This document shows positions 38,954 to 51,835 of a stretch of DNA of 64,000 nucleotides, one piece after another; the first letter of the stretch is position 1, and every line of letters begins with the position of its first letter. A program made the position numbers and the translations under genes. Source of the stretch: Eledone cirrhosa (taxonomy: Eukaryota); the NCBI GenBank assembly GCA_964016885.1, contig OZ024763.1:5766001-5830000 (forward strand), written 5' to 3'. The notes under the pieces are model-generated. The model searched no databases. It was not told the DNA's origin and saw only the letters and a list, made by a program, of their open reading frames with translations.

Positions 38954-39822
38954 CTGTTGTGGTGCAGGTCACTGTTGTGGTATAGGCCACTGTTATGGTG
39001 CAGGTCTCTGTTGTGGTATAGGCCACTGTTGTGGTGCAGGTCTCTGTTGTGGTATAGGCCACTGTTGTGGTACAGGTCACTGTTGTGGTATAGGCCACTG
39101 TTGTGGTGCAGGTCTCTGTTGTGGTATAGGCCACTGTTGTGGTATAGGCCACTGTTGTGGTGCAGGTCTCTGTTGTGGTATAGGCCACTGTTGTGGTGCA
39201 GGTCTCTGTTGTGGTATAGGCCACTGTTGTGGTGCAGGTCTCTGTTGTGGTATAGGCCACTGTTGTGGTGCAGGTCTCTGTTGTGGTATAGGCCACTGTT
39301 GTGGTACAGGTCACTGTTGTGGTATAGGCCACTGTTGTGGTGCAGGTCTCTGTTGTGGTATAGGCCACTGTTGTGGTACAGGTCACTGTTGTGGTATAGG
39401 CCACTGTTGTGGTGCAGGTCACTGTTGTGGTATAGGCCACTGTTGTGGTACAGGTCACTGTTGTGGTATAGGCCACTGTTGTGGTGCAGGTCTCTGTTGT
39501 GGTATAGGCCACTGTTGTGGTGCAGGTCACTGTTGTGGTATAGGCCACTGTTATGGTGCAGGTCTCTGTTGTGGTATAGGCCACTGTTGTGGTACAGGTC
39601 ACTGTTGTGGTATAGGCCACTGTTGTGGTGCAGGTCACTGTTGTGGTATAGGCCACTGTTATGGTGCAGGTCTCTATTGTGGTATAGGCCACTGTTGTGG
39701 TGCAGGTCTCTGTTGTGGTATAGGCCACTGTTGTGGTATAGGCCACTGTTGTGGTGCAGGTCTCTGTTGTGGTATAGGCCACTGTTGTGGTATAGGCCAC
39801 TGTTGTGGTGCAGGTCTCTGGT
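38954..39822. repeat. 18-bp minisatellite with 36-bp dimer structure
   Basis: CTGTTGTGGTATAGGCCA / CTGTTGTGGTGCAGGTCT. Confidence 0.95.
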
Positions 39823-39977
39823 GGTGTCGACACAGTATGTTATGTGTGATCTATATTGTGTTGTGATGCTGTGTTGACACACTGTTGTGATACCAGTGTC
39901 TCTAGTTATATTGTGTCATTGTATGTCCTGGTGGACAACAACACAGCATCAATACACCAACTACCACCACTACATCG

Positions 39978-40262
39978 ATACAACTACCACTACAACAATA
40001 CAACAACTATCACTTCATCAATACAACTACTACCACTACAATACAACAACTAACACTTCATCAATACAACTACTACCACTACAATACAACAACTAACACT
40101 TCATCAATACAACTACTACCACTACAATACAACAACTAACACTTCATCAATACAACTACTACCACTACAATACAACAACTAACACTTCATCAATACAACT
40201 ACTACCACTACAATACAACAACTAACACTTCATCAATACAACTACTACCACTACAAAAACTA
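39978..40262. repeat. 43-bp minisatellite
   Basis: ATACAACTACTACCACTACAATACAACAACTAACACTTCATCA. Confidence 0.9.
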
Positions 40263-40366
40263 CAACACACGTTCTGAAAAGGAGGATGTGTTGTAGATGG
40301 TAACAGCTTTTTTATAGTCTTGGAATGAATACCTTTAAACATACATACATATATATATATACATAC

Positions 40367-40416
<50 letters not shown>

Positions 40417-41021
40417 TTCTTGCTACAATCATTTCTATACTTTTCATTTATATATATATACATATATATATATAGTAATGATAATAAATTTGAAGACTAA
40501 AATCCAAAGAGGGCTCGATAAGGATAAAAATATATCAAATATAAGAACCGTAGAGCAAATATTTATTAAAATAACAGATTAAAGTTTAAGCAAAGAATCG
40601 CTGCTTTCACCTTAAGGGTGAAAGCAGCAATTCTTTGCTTGTTATATATATATATATCATCATCATCATCATCATCATCGTTTAACGTCCATATTCCACG
40701 CTTGCATGGGTTTGGACGGGAGTTTTCCCACTTGGGGCAAGAGTGGTTGTCTTGCTCGCATAGGACTGTCTGGCGGGTTTTCTACAGCTGGAATACCCTT
40801 CCTAACACCAACCACATTTACAGTGTGGGACTGGGAGATGTTTACCGTGTTACCTACCTATATATATATATATATAGATAGATATATACAACACACACAC
40901 ATATATACATGTATATATAGACACACACACATATATATATAGTGTAGGTAGTAGGGTGAAATACTGGTGTTGGTAGCAAATCAAACACTCTCTGCACAGG
41001 CAGAGTGTATATAATGGAAGA

Positions 41022-41332
41022 AGCAAGGAAGTTTCCCTTACATATGAAAAATATTTATTGTATATCAACCTGTTACATGTGTTTCACAGAGGGTTGGGCT
41101 CAAGGTGACCTATAGGAGTTTATGGACCTGACTCCAGTATAAATCTACTCCTCAGACTGGTGATGTGACAACAAAAAGATATCTTTTGTAGCATCACCAG
41201 TCTGACGAGCAGATCGATACTGGAGTCAGGTCCATAAACTCCTATAGGTCACCTTGAGCCAACCCTCTGTGAAACACGTGTACAGGTCGATACACTAAAT
41301 ATTTTTCATATGTAAATGAAACTTCCTTGTTT
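41022..41332. mobile_element. Fold-back (Penelope-like) element with mirrored hammerhead cores
   Basis: ~155-bp inverted arms centred at GAT|ATC 41180/41181; + core CTGACGA 41202 ... GAAA-CACGTG-TA 41271; mirror core on minus strand 41065-41160. Confidence 0.7.
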
Positions 41333-41546
41333 TTTCTATTATGTACATATATATATATATAATATATATAATATATATATATATACTGGTGTTGTACTTC
41401 AGACATAAGCGTATATAAATATATATATATGCACACATACACACACATATATGTACACACACACACACACGTATGCAATCACATATATGTACACACACAC
41501 GAATATATATATATATATTTATACACACACACACACACATGCACAC

Positions 41547-41582
<36 letters not shown>

Positions 41583-42039
41583 TCAAATACACAGACTATA
41601 ATAGTTAGCCTACTGACCTACAATCCATTGTTTAATTAGGTTAGGGTTTATCTTAAACACAGCAGTGGTTGTTATGGTGGTAGATTGAGTGGTGGTGGTG
41701 GTGGTAGATTGAGTGGTGGTGGTGGTGGTCTCTTTTATAGATGGATGGATTGGTGGGCGGTTGGGGGGTGTGGATAGTTGTGTGTGTGGGTGGATGGTTG
41801 TGTGCGTGGGTGGATGTTGGGGGCGGGGGTTGTGTGTGTGTGGATGGTTGTGGGTGTGTGTGGATTGTTGTGTGTGTGTGGATGGTTGTGGGTGTGTGTG
41901 GATGGTTGTGGGTGTTGTGTGGATGGTTGGGTGTGTGGGTGGGTGGTTGCCAGAATCTGTAAAGCATCTATCAAACAAAATACCTTCTCATAAACCAGGT
42001 ACATCCATCATCTAAGGTCCATTGTTCCTTGCTAATAGG

Positions 42040-42465
42040 GGTTGAGTCCTCATAGACCCGGTCTGGGGTTAGATGGGTCCCACAGACCCGGTCTGGGGTT
42101 AGATGGGTCCTCACAGACCCAGTCTGGGGTTAGACGGGTCCTCATAGACCCGGTCTGGGGTTAGACAGGTCCTCAAAGACCCTGTCTGGGGTTAGACGGG
42201 TCCTCATAGACCCGGTCTGGGGTTAAATGGGTCCACATAGACCCAGTCTGGGGTTAGACGGGTCCTCATAGACCCAGTCTGGGGTTAGACAGCTCCTCAC
42301 AGTCCCAGTCTGGGGTTAGATGGGTCCTCACAGACCCGGTCTGGAGTTAGACGGGTTCTCACAGACCCGGTCTGGGGTTAGACGGGTCCTCACAGACCCG
42401 GTCTGGGGTTAGACATTTCCTCACAGACCCAGTCTGGGGTTAGACGGGTCCTCACAGTCCCAGTT
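42040..42465. repeat. ~31-bp minisatellite
   Basis: CAGACCCGGTCTGGGGTTAGACGGGTCCTCA. Confidence 0.9.
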
Positions 42466-44442
42466 GGTACTTTATCAGAGCTACTGATTTCTTTGGGAGG
42501 TCAGGGGTTATGACTCATTTCTGTTCATTCTAGTTTTAGTAGGGTTTCTACAACTGGATCTCCCTGACACAACTGAAGGGTCCTCCTGACCCTTTATTTC
42601 ACACACTTTCTATAGTTGAATACGCTTCTACAACTGGATCTGCCTGACACAACTAAAGAGGGTCCTCTTGACCCTTTGTTTCGTATGGTTTCTATAGCTG
42701 GAGGTCCTTCCTATCACTAACCACTTTACAGAGTGTACTGGGTGCATTTTATCACAGTGTCAGTACTAGTAATGTTGTCATTCTTGACACAAGTGAAGGG
42801 TCCTCTCTACTCTTTGGTTTAATTTTTTTTCTACAGTGGGATGTTATTCATATAAGTAACCACTTTACAGAGTGTACTGGGTGTATTTTATCATGGTACC
42901 ACCACTAAGGAGATTGTCAGGTATAAGACACAGGGTGTTCTGCTGGGCCTTTCTGTGGCATAGTGTCTATGTTTGATAAAATAAGTATCGGTATCAATGT
43001 AAGCAACTGTACCCTAGAAGTAAAATGCATGTGTGTTTTATGTGGAGGCATGTGGCCTAGTGGTAAGGGTGTTGGGCTAACAATCATAATGTTGTGGGTT
43101 TGATTCCTGGATTGGGTTGTGTGTTGTGTTCATAAGCAAAATAATTCATTTCACGTTGCTCCAATATACTAAGCTGAAAATGTGTACCAGCAATAGCTGG
43201 GGGTTAAACTCATCAATGGACTGGTGTCCTGTCCAAGGGGAAGTCTTGTACTCTCAGTCGCTTCACACCACAAAAGCTAGGATAAGCACAAATCTGATGA
43301 GCCTCCAGGGTTGAGACAGCTTTAACCCTGTGATGGACTGGTGTCCGGTCCAGTGGGGAGACTTTTACTTTGCCACTTCACACCACGGAAACCAGGAAAA
43401 GCACCGGCCTGATGACCCTCAGGACTTGAGACAGACTTTATCCCTATGATGGACTGGTGTCCTGTCCAGTGGGAGTCTTCTACTCTGTCGTTTCACACCA
43501 CGGAAACCAGGATAAGCACAGGCCTGGTGAGCCTCCAGGCTCAAGACAGACTTATTAGTGTTTCATGGGGTGCAGGGATGGCCGTGTGGTTAAGAAGCTT
43601 GCCTCAGAACTGTGTGGACCCAGTTTGAAGATTAAGACTGTTAAATACACCCTCCTCCCCACCGCAGTCCATAATCTCAACAAACCTGACATTGCTCTGT
43701 GTACAGCTGTTACATTCAATATTGACTCTGTCCTACATTGAAATATAGGACACTCTTGCTGCTTTTAGTTTATCTCTCTCTCTCTTTCTCTTATATATAT
43801 ATATGTGTGTGTATGTATGTGTGTATGTGTATATGTGTGTGTATGTATATATATGTGTGTATATGTATGTGTGTATGTATATATGTGTGTATATGTATAT
43901 GTATATGTGTGTGTATATGTATATGTGTATATATATATGTGTGTGTATATGTATATGTGTGTGCATATATATATGTGTATGTATATGTATGTATATGTGT
44001 ATATCACATGCATATGTGTATATATGTGTGTGTATATGTATATATGTGTGTGCATATATATGTGTGTATATGTATATGTGTGTGCATATGTATATGTGTA
44101 TGTATATGTATGTATATGTGTATATCACATGTATATGTGTATATATGTGTGTGTATATGTATATATGTGAGTGAGTATATATATATGTATAAAATGATGT
44201 GCTCGTGCATGGAGATGCTATAAAATAGGTTGAAGACCCTTTACTTTGACCCTTTAGCATTTAAACCGCCCATATCCAGCCACAATTCTTTCACCTCTTT
44301 CTGTTCAAACTTGCCATAACCGGCTGCCCATACTTATGTTGAGATTTTTTTCTCAAAATAAATAACATCAAACTCTCATAGATTCGATGTTATGTGAGAT
44401 AAAGCCTTTACTGTGAAGATACAATAGTAAATATAGAGTAAT

Positions 44443-44629
44443 TGTTTCTACTTTAGGCACAAGGCCAGCAACTACCCAATGCATTACTGGTACTTTATTT
44501 TATCGACCCCCGTAAGGATGAAAGGCAAAGTCAACCTCGGCGGGATTTGAACTCAGATCGTAAAGGGACGTAACTATGCTGGAAAGCATGGCGTCCGACC
44601 CTCTACCGATACTGCCAATCAACCGCCCT
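44443..44629 (-). mobile_element. Full-length tRNA-headed SINE (Deu/Nin-like core) with 19-bp TSD, inserted in a TTAA MITE
   Basis: A box TGGCAGTATCGG, B box GAGTTCAAATC, core GCCTTTCATCC..GGTCGATAAAATAAAGTACC; TSD ATAGTAAATATAGA(G/A)TAAT 44424-44442/44630-44648; other copies near 2.9, 7.3-7.7, 8.1, 11.5, 11.9, 15.9, 20.3-21.1, 24.7, 32.7, 33.7-34.2 kb. Confidence 0.88.
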
Positions 44630-45034
44630 ATAGTAAATATAGAATAATGTAAATGGTAAAGGGTTAAAGACGGAAAAAGGAGTTGTCATCAGTCGCTATG
44701 AAGAATTGACCTTCATATCGCCCAAATACTGGCTAAACACTTTTAACCAAGCAACCATGACAACATTTACTGTCTTACCTTTTACCATTTACATTACCTT
44801 ATATTTACTATTGTATTTTCACGGTTTAACACTTTACCTCACATAATTATTTCACATAATATTGAATCTATGAGATTTTGATATTATTTATTTTGAGCAC
44901 AATACCTTAACATAAGTATGAACAGCCAGTTTGAACAGGAGGTGAGAGAATTCTGGCCAGATATGGCCGGTTTAAATGCTAAAGGGTTAAATTAGATAGA
45001 TAGCTGAATCACAGCTTTTTAGATGTCAACAAAT

Positions 45035-45067
<33 letters not shown>

Positions 45068-45614
45068 CTGATCTCTTATACTTTCATACAGCAACTGAAA
45101 AGCTAGAGCTGTGAAATCTTGTATGCATAAATTTCAACACTTCTTACTAATAGATGCAGTTACTTTCCAGGGACTATGTTGAAAAATAAACCTCATTTGG
45201 TCATTCCATGAGAGTATCTTATATCTTGGCCAGATTATGAACTTTTCAGTCGACCCCGATAAGTTAATATAGAGAATTAAACTAGCTTATAAAATATAGA
45301 CCCTTTAAACTATTGAGTGCCGCGTATGTTTTTCACAGCTACAGTTGTTGTGCTGGTGTTTTTCTCAGTAAAATGAAGTTATGAACTGTTGGAAACGAGT
45401 TATCTCATTTGTGGCACTGGAATTCATGCACGTTAAGGATGAGTTATCTCGTCTACGGCATTGAAGAGGTTGAAGGCGAGAAAATAGTTTCTGTTTTCGT
45501 GCCACCCGTGTGTGTGAGGGACATCAAGTGATTGTGGGTCTCAAAATCTAGATGCAGCCATCATGGATATATTTCCTGCGAAATCATTACAGGTTATCAA
45601 CAGGTCAATATATT

Positions 45615-45656
<42 letters not shown>

Positions 45657-45716
45657 ATATCAGTCTCCGATGTGGGGTGACATTGTATATATATGTATAT
45701 ATATATATATATATAT

Positions 45717-46000
45717 ACAATGATATTAAATAAATGGAAACTATATTTATAAAACCATATTTATTCTATCATATATATTTCAAGGGTAAAAAAATTTTAT
45801 CATCAGATAAAATTTAATCTGATGAAAGCGTACCAAAGATTTTTGGTACCCTTGCAATATATATAATAGAATAAATATGGTTTTATAAATATAGTTTCTA
45901 TTTATTTAATATCATTGAATATTTACTCCAGAAATCTGTCGAGTGCTCTGAATCAGTTATAAACATTTATATTTGTTGGATTTCCAACAAATTGAATATC
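45717..46000. mobile_element. Fold-back element, decayed hammerhead pair
   Basis: Inverted arms homologous to the 49.5 and 60.6 kb elements; CTGATGA 45819, GAAA mutated to GCAA at 45854. Confidence 0.7.
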
Positions 46001-46292
46001 CCTTCTACATGGGATTTGCACCTAGAAAGTTCCCCTCTGAGGCACAAGCCTGGGTAAGGTTTGTTAATGAAGACCAGCAGTCACCCATGCATACCAGTTT
46101 CCGATGTGGGGTGACTGAAGACAATGGCCAATACAGGCATGTCGCAACTCATTTCTACAGCTGAGTAAATTGGAGAAACCTGTAATAAAGTGTCTTGTTC
46201 AAGGACACAATACATCACCCGGTCCGAGAATCGAACTCACAAACTTTCAATTGCAAGCCCAACGCTCTAACCACTAAGCCATGCTGTGTGTG

Positions 46293-46327
<35 letters not shown>

Positions 46328-46478
46328 ACAATCCATGGAAAAGGGGATATAAAAACGCTGATGATGATGATATATTTGTATATGTATATGACAGTGCCCC
46401 AGCATGGCCTCAGCCTGTTGGCAGGAACACATAATAGAGTAATATAAATATATATATATTCTTTCTTTCTAATTTCAG

Positions 46479-46610
46479 AGCAAGTTAATCAAGCTGTTTA
46501 GCCAGCAGTTAGTAATTAAGGCCGAACTAGCTAACGACCAGCGTCTTGCTGAGTTTCCCAAGATTGAGAAATGGCTCAATATATTTGGGATCAATGAACA
46601 AGCAATCTCT
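46479..46610 (+). CDS. KSR: KSR exon 2 (SKLIKLFSQQLVIKAELANDQRLAEFPKIEKWLNIFGINEQAIS)
   Basis: 132 nt, tttcag/gtaagt; SKLxKxFSxQL and FPxxxxW of KSR CC-SAM; not in ORF track. Confidence 0.92.
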
Positions 46611-47179
46611 GTAAGTTAACCTTTTATATTTATCTAGAAACCTTTGTTAAGTTATGTTCCAAACGCCCCTGCTTCTATGATACAAAACTGTTTTAAAGTG
46701 TTTATATTTATCTGGAAACCTTTAAGTTATGTTCCAAACACCAGCTTAAACTACCCCTGGTTCTATGATACAAAGCTGTTAATATATATCTAGAAACCTT
46801 CCTTTGTAATTTTATGTAAGAATCCTTAAGTTATGTTCCAAACCCCCCTGCTTCCATCATGCAAAACTCTTTATTTTAAATTTATCTAGAACCCTTTGTT
46901 AAGTTATATTCCAAACACCAGCTTAATAATGAGAAAATTAGCTATATTACTAAATCCTGCCAAATATGGTAATAAAAGGGCTAAAGTGTTTATATTTATC
47001 TAAAAACCTTCCTTTGTAATTTTATGAAAGAACCTTTATGTTCCAAACACACCTGTAATACAAAACTTGTAATTTTAAAGTGTTTGTTTAGAAACCTTCC
47101 ATCATAATTATGTGTAAGAATCTTTAAGTTATGTTACAAACACCATCTTAATAATGAGAAAGACATTATAAAATCCCTT

Positions 47180-47575
47180 CAAGTGCAGTTGAGTTCCTTC
47201 TCCTTTATGGATGTGAGTTATGGACACTGACAAAAACACTCGAAAAGAGGATTAAGGATACATTTATCCAGGTGCTGAAAAAGGTCCAGAACATATCCTG
47301 GAGAATATACATAGCAAAGAAATCACTCTGTGGCTCACACCTTCACCTTTCTGCCATCACAAGGCGTAAGAGGCTCGCATTAGCTGGACATGTGAAATGT
47401 CACAATGAACCTGCTGGCAGAGCTCCTTTCTGGAAACCTGATATGTGCAGAGGAGACGGGAGACCAACCATCACACTGAAGGATGTTCTTGAAGATGGAC
47501 ACTGGGTTGGAGGCAGGGGAACTTCAGACGGCAATGCTGAACAGGGTGAGCTGGAGGAGGAACAGGTAACTGATG
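47180..47575 (+). mobile_element. RTE-type LINE 3' fragment in KSR intron 2
   Basis: VESFLLYGCELWTLTK...RKRLALAGHV..GRP motifs. Confidence 0.75.
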
Positions 47576-47910
47576 TATAAAAGAAGAATATATCATTCAT
47601 TTCATTTCATTTTCGTCCGCTTTTTCCCTGCTTGCAAGGGTGGGACGGGAACTGATTCTGGCTTGATTTCTACAGCCGGATGCCCTTCCTAACACCAACC
47701 TCATTTACAGTGAGTGCTGGGTGCTTTTTTGCCGTGGCACCTCCACGCCCACTTTGCAGTGGAATGATAGGGACCCCAGTCCCTATCATCTCATTTCTAC
47801 AGCTGAGTAGACTGGAGCAATGCGAAATAAAGTGTCTTGCTCAAGGAAACAACAATATATATATATATATATATAGTGTGTGTTATTAATGTTTTGTTGT
47901 TGTGTTTCAG

Positions 47911-48055
47911 GTGATTGTAAATAAAGGGATTCTCTTAACATCCCTGTTGAAGATGAATGAGGAACAGGTGCATTCTCTCTTCCGTGATAACAATGCTGAG
48001 AAGGAAGCTATCCAGGAACTTACAACGGCCTTAAAACATTTGAATGCTTGGACAG
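47911..48055 (+). CDS. KSR: KSR exon 3, SAM part (VIVNKGILLTSLLKMNEEQV...LTTALKHLNAWT)
   Basis: 145 nt, tttcag/gtgagg; LLxMxxEQV motif. Confidence 0.9.
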
Positions 48056-48063
48056 GTGAGGAT

Positions 48064-48149
<86 letters not shown>

Positions 48150-48277
48150 CACACTCACTCACTCACTCACTCACTCACTCACTCACACACACACACACAC
48201 ACACACTCACTCACTCACTCACTCACTCACTCACTCACTCACTCACTCACTCACTCACTCACTCACTCACTCACTCA

Positions 48278-48353
<76 letters not shown>

Positions 48354-48605
48354 AATATACATCATCATCATAATTGTTTAACGTCTATCTTCCACGCTAG
48401 CATGGGTTTAGACGGTATATATATGTATGTATGTACGTCTCATGTACGTCAATACTCAACTTTTTGGCCATTTCTCCGAGGGTTATTAACCCCACTATCA
48501 GGCTAAATAATTTCTTTAATTTCTTTAGTCAAAATACGGCGATAGCTGACATTTCTAATAATTTCAAACCCACTCGCTGTTTCGAAAATATTCTTACTTG
48601 ATATA

Positions 48606-48638
<33 letters not shown>

Positions 48639-49436
48639 CATCATCACATATATACACACACCAATCCAATGTGTTCGCTTTTTGCATGAAGATGTGTTCA
48701 TGGACACGGCACATAAGGAAAATTCGCATAATTCAAGTTGCGTATTGCTGATAAGTTAAAAAATTAAAAACCACATGCATTATAATAATAATCATAATAA
48801 TAATAATAATTAAATTATTGTGTACAGTGCTCAGGTGCACTACAACTCATCAAAGCTGCATGTATAGTACATAGAATAATGTACAAATGTCAGGAAAATG
48901 TGTTATTTGCGCAAAGTGAATAATTAATAACATTTTTTCAAGAGGTCTTAAAGTGAATTCACGTATTTCAAGTTCGCGTAAAATGTGAACAGACTTTATG
49001 TGTGTATATATATATATATATATATGGTTTTTATTTTCATTTTGCATGATTTCTTACCTGAAAATATGTGTTGAAACAGAGAGCCATGCTGCTAATAAAA
49101 AACACGCGCACATGTTGGGTTTCACTTGAATTTATTATTACAATTTCCCAGTCAGTTAGTTTAATAACTGGATGGTTGCCTAGTTGAAACAGAACAAAGG
49201 AGAGATTCCAAGTGACAACAAAGTAACTGAGGAGGTCACAGAATGTGTGACGAAAGAGCTTTGAGAATCGACAACTAAACAACCGTCCGGTTATTAAACT
49301 AACCAACTGGGAAGTTATAATAATAAATTAAAGTGAAGCCCAACAGATGTGTGTGGTTTTTATTGCCAGCATGGCCTTCCTAATGTATAACAATATATAT
49401 ATATATATATATAACAATATATATATATATATATAC

Positions 49437-49887
49437 ATGGAAAGTTATATTTAAAATTGTTGGGTTACAACTAGTAAATATTTATAACTGATATAAAAGC
49501 ACTCGACAAATATTTGGAGTATATTTACAATATTAAATAAATGGAAACTATATTTATAAAACCATATTTATTTCATTATATATATTTCGGGGATATCATA
49601 TTAACAATATGCTACGCCTTCCTCAGACAAAATACAATATAAACAGTTTTATAGATAAATAGATTTGACATACCGTTCAACATTTGAAGAGGTTAAGCTG
49701 GCAGCTTAACCTCTTCAAATGCAAGTCGGTGTTATAACGGTATGTCGAATCTATTTATCTATAAAACTGTTTATATTGTATTTTGTCTGAGGAAGGCATA
49801 GCATATTGTTAATATGATATCCCCGAAATATATATAATGAAATAAATATGGTTTTATAAATATAGTTTCCATTTATTTAATATTGTA
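49437..49887. mobile_element. Fold-back element with hammerheads at 49569-49634 (-) and 49779-49844 (+)
   Basis: Near-perfect inverted arms between (TA)n tracts; TATTTTGT-CTGAGGA-stem II-GAAA-TATATA-TA-ATGAAATA. Confidence 0.75.
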
Positions 49888-49932
49888 TATATATATATAT
49901 ATATGTATTTTTTTTTTCTTTCCTATTTGCAG

Positions 49933-50638
49933 ACAAGCAGATCAAAGGAGATTCCTGTGATGAAAACGATGTGGAACTGCATTGGTCTCGATACACACCG
50001 TCTCAGTCGACAAACGTCAGTAGTGGCGGTGGTGGTGGTAGCATGAGTAGCAGCATCACCACCGCCACCACCACAGAGGGAGGGCCCGATGGTGAAGGGA
50101 ATAGTAATGGGGGTGAGGGTACTGCGGGAGGTGCTGTCCATGAGGGCGGCAGTGGTGGTGGTGGTGGTGGTGTTGGCAGCAGTAGTAGTAGTACCACTGG
50201 TGGTGGTGGAGGTGGTGGTGGTGCTGGTGGCAATGTTGGTGGTGGTGGTGGTGGTGGTGTTGTTGGTGGTGTTAGTGGTGGTGTAGGTAGCAGTGGTGGT
50301 GGTGGTGGTGGCGTGTTTGCCGACACCGGGTCCCCGAAATACTTCCCCTGTCCCTCGACTTCGTCTCTTCCGTCGGAAAACTTTCAGCCACTGCACATCC
50401 CCACGTCCCCACAAAGCACCCCTTCGTCTCCGGTGCCGCGTAACCCAAAGGAGCGACATCGGGGCACCCCTCCTCCGACGCCGCCCCTAGTTAGAGCCAA
50501 GCCCATGGGCAGCAAATACCCAAGTACACCTCCCCCCAAGAAAAAGATCCAATTATTCCCAGACGCTTCATCGCTGAAGAAGAGTCGTTCATGTGAATCT
50601 CAGTTGGCCAGTCGTGTCACCAACATCGACCCAGTCCG
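49933..50638 (+). CDS. KSR: KSR exon 4: poly-Gly tract, Pro-rich CA2 (TPPPTPP, PSTPPPKKK), KSRSCESQL
   Basis: 706 nt open, ttgcag/gtgagt, phases 1/2 fit neighbours; matches KSR PxTPPP and RSKSHESQL-type motif. Confidence 0.92.
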
Positions 50639-50653
50639 GTGAGTACAGCTCTT

Positions 50654-51010
50654 CTGGGTGGTTTTATAGGGTACAGGCAGCTGGGTGGTTTTATAGGGTA
50701 CAGGCAGCTGGGTGGTTTTATAGGGTACAGGCAGCTGGGTGGTTTTATAGGGTACAGGCAGCTGGGTGGTTTTATAGGGTACAGGCAGCTGGGTGGTTTT
50801 ATAGGGTACAGGCAGCTGGGTGGTTTTATAGGGTACAGGCAGCTGGGTGGTTTTATAGGGTACAGGCAGCTGGGTGGTTTTATAGGGTACAGGCAGCTGG
50901 GTGGTTTTATAGGGTACAGGCAGCTGGGTGGTTTTATAGGGTACAGGCAGCTGGGTGGTTTTATAGGGTACAGGCAGCTGGGTGGTTTTATAGGGTACAG
51001 GCAGCTGGGT
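50654..51010. repeat. 27-bp minisatellite, 13 copies
   Basis: CTGGGTGGTTTTATAGGGTACAGGCAG. Confidence 0.95.
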
Positions 51011-51269
51011 ACATTTGTTAGGTTTATATGGTACCAGACAGGGATTCAGTCTAACTACGAGGGTTGGATGACTATAAAGGAGTGATGCTGGAGCTGTGAA
51101 ATCTTGCATACCAATAATTTTTCACTCTTCTTAGTATTAACGGAATTGTTTTTTTCTAGAGACTGTTGAAAAATAAACATCATTTGGTCATTCCATGAGA
51201 GTATCTTGGTCATCCTACAAACTTCTCAGTTGATCCTCGTATGTTGGTTTTATAAATTACAGGTATACT

Positions 51270-51620
51270 TAGAGATATGGTAACTAAGGAGTTAATTAGA
51301 GTCATGGTAATGAAGGAGTTAATTAAAGATATGGTAACTAAGGTGTTAATTAGAGATATGGTAATGAAGGTGTTAATTAGAGATATGGTAACGAAGGTGT
51401 TAATTAAAGATATGGTAACTAAGGTGTTAATTGGAGATGTGGTAACGAAGGAGTTAGAGATATGATAACAAAGGTGTTAATTTGAGATATGGTAACGAAG
51501 GTGTTAATTTGAGATATGGTAACGAAGGTGTTAATTAGAGATATGGTAATGAAGGAGTTAGAGATATGGTAACGAAGGTGTTAATTAATTAGAGATATGA
51601 TAACGAAGATATTAATTAAT
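51270..51620. repeat. 27-bp minisatellite related to a MITE terminus
   Basis: AGAGATATGGTAACGAAGGTGTTAATT. Confidence 0.88.
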
Positions 51621-51647
51621 TACTGTTTTTATTGCTATTATTTCCAG

Positions 51648-51835
51648 ACAGAAGAAGAAACCTGGCAACAACAAGCTAGGAGGCAGTTTTGAAATCTTAA
51701 TAAATCGCCGTCCTTCAACAGAAGGTTCTGAAGCTGGGTATAACAGCCAAGGTCCCTCACCTGTGCTGTCCCCTGCTATGAGATCTCCTCCCTATAAAGC
51801 TGATTCAAGTATTTTGAAAGAATATTACAAAACAA
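51648..51835 (+). CDS. KSR: KSR exon 5 (QKKKPGNNKLGGSFEILINRRPSTEG...EYYKT)
   Basis: 188 nt, ttccag/gtgagt, in frame with exon 4; weaker homology; downstream exons not seen in window. Confidence 0.8.

Noticed and set aside
38835-39882. Mucin/antifreeze-like ORFs of 306-332 aa
   Set aside because: 18-bp satellite open in several frames on both strands; no splice context or signal peptide
43040-43115. tRNA gene (also ~37137, 46210-46285, 52440-52512)
   Set aside because: A/B boxes are present but run into SINE bodies; no convincing cloverleaf by eye
49923-50459. Antisense poly-Thr and poly-Pro ORFs
   Set aside because: Shadows of the GGT-rich KSR exon 4
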